A stretch of DNA of 60,650 bases, filler included, from Polymyxa betae A26-41 (Eukaryota > Protista > Endomyxa: Phytomyxea), in assembly GCA_003693705.1 (NCBI GenBank). It is 7 parts of 7 records of this genome, joined end to end, with 100 filler letters (N's around TTAATTAATTAA, not from the genome) between each part and the next. Parts side by side here need not be neighbours in the genome. Positions count along the whole stretch, not along the records: positions 57,900 to 60,650 come from RBZT01000923.1; 6 more parts are not named here. The stretch is one strand, 5' to 3'. How positions within the stretch are numbered: the first letter of the stretch is position 1; every line of letters starts with the position of its first letter. Shown piece by piece: positions 59,592-60,650 of this stretch. A program made the translations under genes and the position numbers. The notes under the pieces were generated by a model that made no database searches, was not told the DNA's origin, and was given only the letters and a program-made list of their open reading frames with translations.

Positions 59592-60390
59592 AGTAGCAAT
59601 CGTCTCGATTCTACGATCAGATACACGAGAATGAAGGTAAAATCAATAATGAATCTGTATTTCTATCGTGGGAAATCCCAGGACCCAAATGTCGTCACGG
59701 TGTCCGTAGGACTCCGTGGGCGAATCTTAGCGCAGCTTCGTCGTAGCTTGAAAACTTGCAAACTATTCTTGTATTTTCTTATAATAAAGTAATAATTTGC
59801 TACACTCCCCTCCTCAAAATCTCGATAGTCTTTAGTATCTTTCTTGTACATAGGGTTTAGGGTTTCATGACTGGTCTTTATCATAGTTCATTATGTCTTC
59901 ACTTGTCATCAATTTTCATCTTCATCCAAAGGTCATCATTATCAGATCCGATCATCAAGTTCGTCATAAAAATTCATCTTTATTGTAAGTCATCGTAGCG
60001 CTATCATCGAGTTTCATCTATAATCATCTGTCATCAGTCATCAGTATCATTATATATTTATACATAATTTTATTTAAATTTATTTCATCATGTCATCTAA
60101 AAAATCGTACTTACTGATCACTATAGTTTCAGCATTAAAACCCCTTGGGATAAAAGCTTGAAAACAATAGTAGATTTTCAGTTTAACTTTTGAGTAAGGC
60201 TTCTAATACTGTCTTCTACACATTCTGCGTGCGCACTTTTTCGTCGCGCAGTTTCTTCGAATATTCCTTCACTAATTCAGGGACGTCTTCAAACAGGTTT
60301 TTCAGGGGTTCCCATGAATTTTCTTCTTTCGTGAATCCTTTCCACTCGACCAGCAACTCTAGCTGTCCAGTCTGTATCAGATTTATTAAA
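59592..60390 (-). mobile_element. 3' end of a second chromodomain Gypsy element (chromodomain, 3' UTR, PPT, LTR 59592-59804)
   Basis: LLVEWKGFTKEENSWEPL, PPT GAGGAGGGGAG, LTR TGTAGCAA...TTGCTAC(T). Confidence 0.88.
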
Positions 60391-60650
60391 ATAATAATAT
60401 AAAATTCTGAATTCCCAAAAAAACAACGTACGCAGTTTGACGAACTGCGCACGCAATGGCTCCTGATGACGGACGCATAAATCTGATGCATAACAAAGAT
60501 GCGAACCTGATGGAAGTATGACGACGTACCTTAATATTAATAGGCTCGACCCCCGAGAGGTCCGTACGGCATCCGTACGGACCGAGCTGGATTTGGGTCC
60601 TGGGATTCGAGCTGGACTAAATCAGAGTTGATAACGAGCTGTAATTCGTG

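Noticed and set aside
60463-60500. Hammerhead ribozyme (CTGATGA core)
   Set aside because: No stem II closed by GAAA and no cleavage-site arm found.

Overview
Eukaryotic, transposon-rich genomic DNA, not prokaryotic. The window joins seven separate contigs with 100-bp N/TTAATTAATTAA linkers, and there is one internal N gap. The short (~45-57 nt) GT-AG introns, tRNA-Ile(AAT), interstitial AAACCCTA motifs and the mix of transposon types suggest a protist, possibly a plasmodiophorid or oomycete-like organism (inference only). Retroelements: a Copia 3' end, two chromodomain Ty3/Gypsy 3' ends, a near-complete Ty3/Gypsy element whose primer site looks self-priming, a Penelope-like RT fragment and two copies of a tRNA-derived SINE. 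DNA transposons: a decayed CACTA/EnSpm, a head-to-tail Helitron dimer with a nested Tc1/mariner, a deleted MULE, a PIF/Harbinger transposase and an intron-containing tyrosine-recombinase (Crypton-like) element. Host genes: three tRNAs, DUF2235 and DUF900 hydrolase genes and two orphan genes. The most novel item is about seven copies or fragments of an unnamed multi-exon family. Its proteins have a signal peptide, basic NLS-like motifs and three tandem Cys-rich helical domains that may derive from the C-terminus of the tyrosine-recombinase element. All calls come from reading the sequence by eye; no searches were run.
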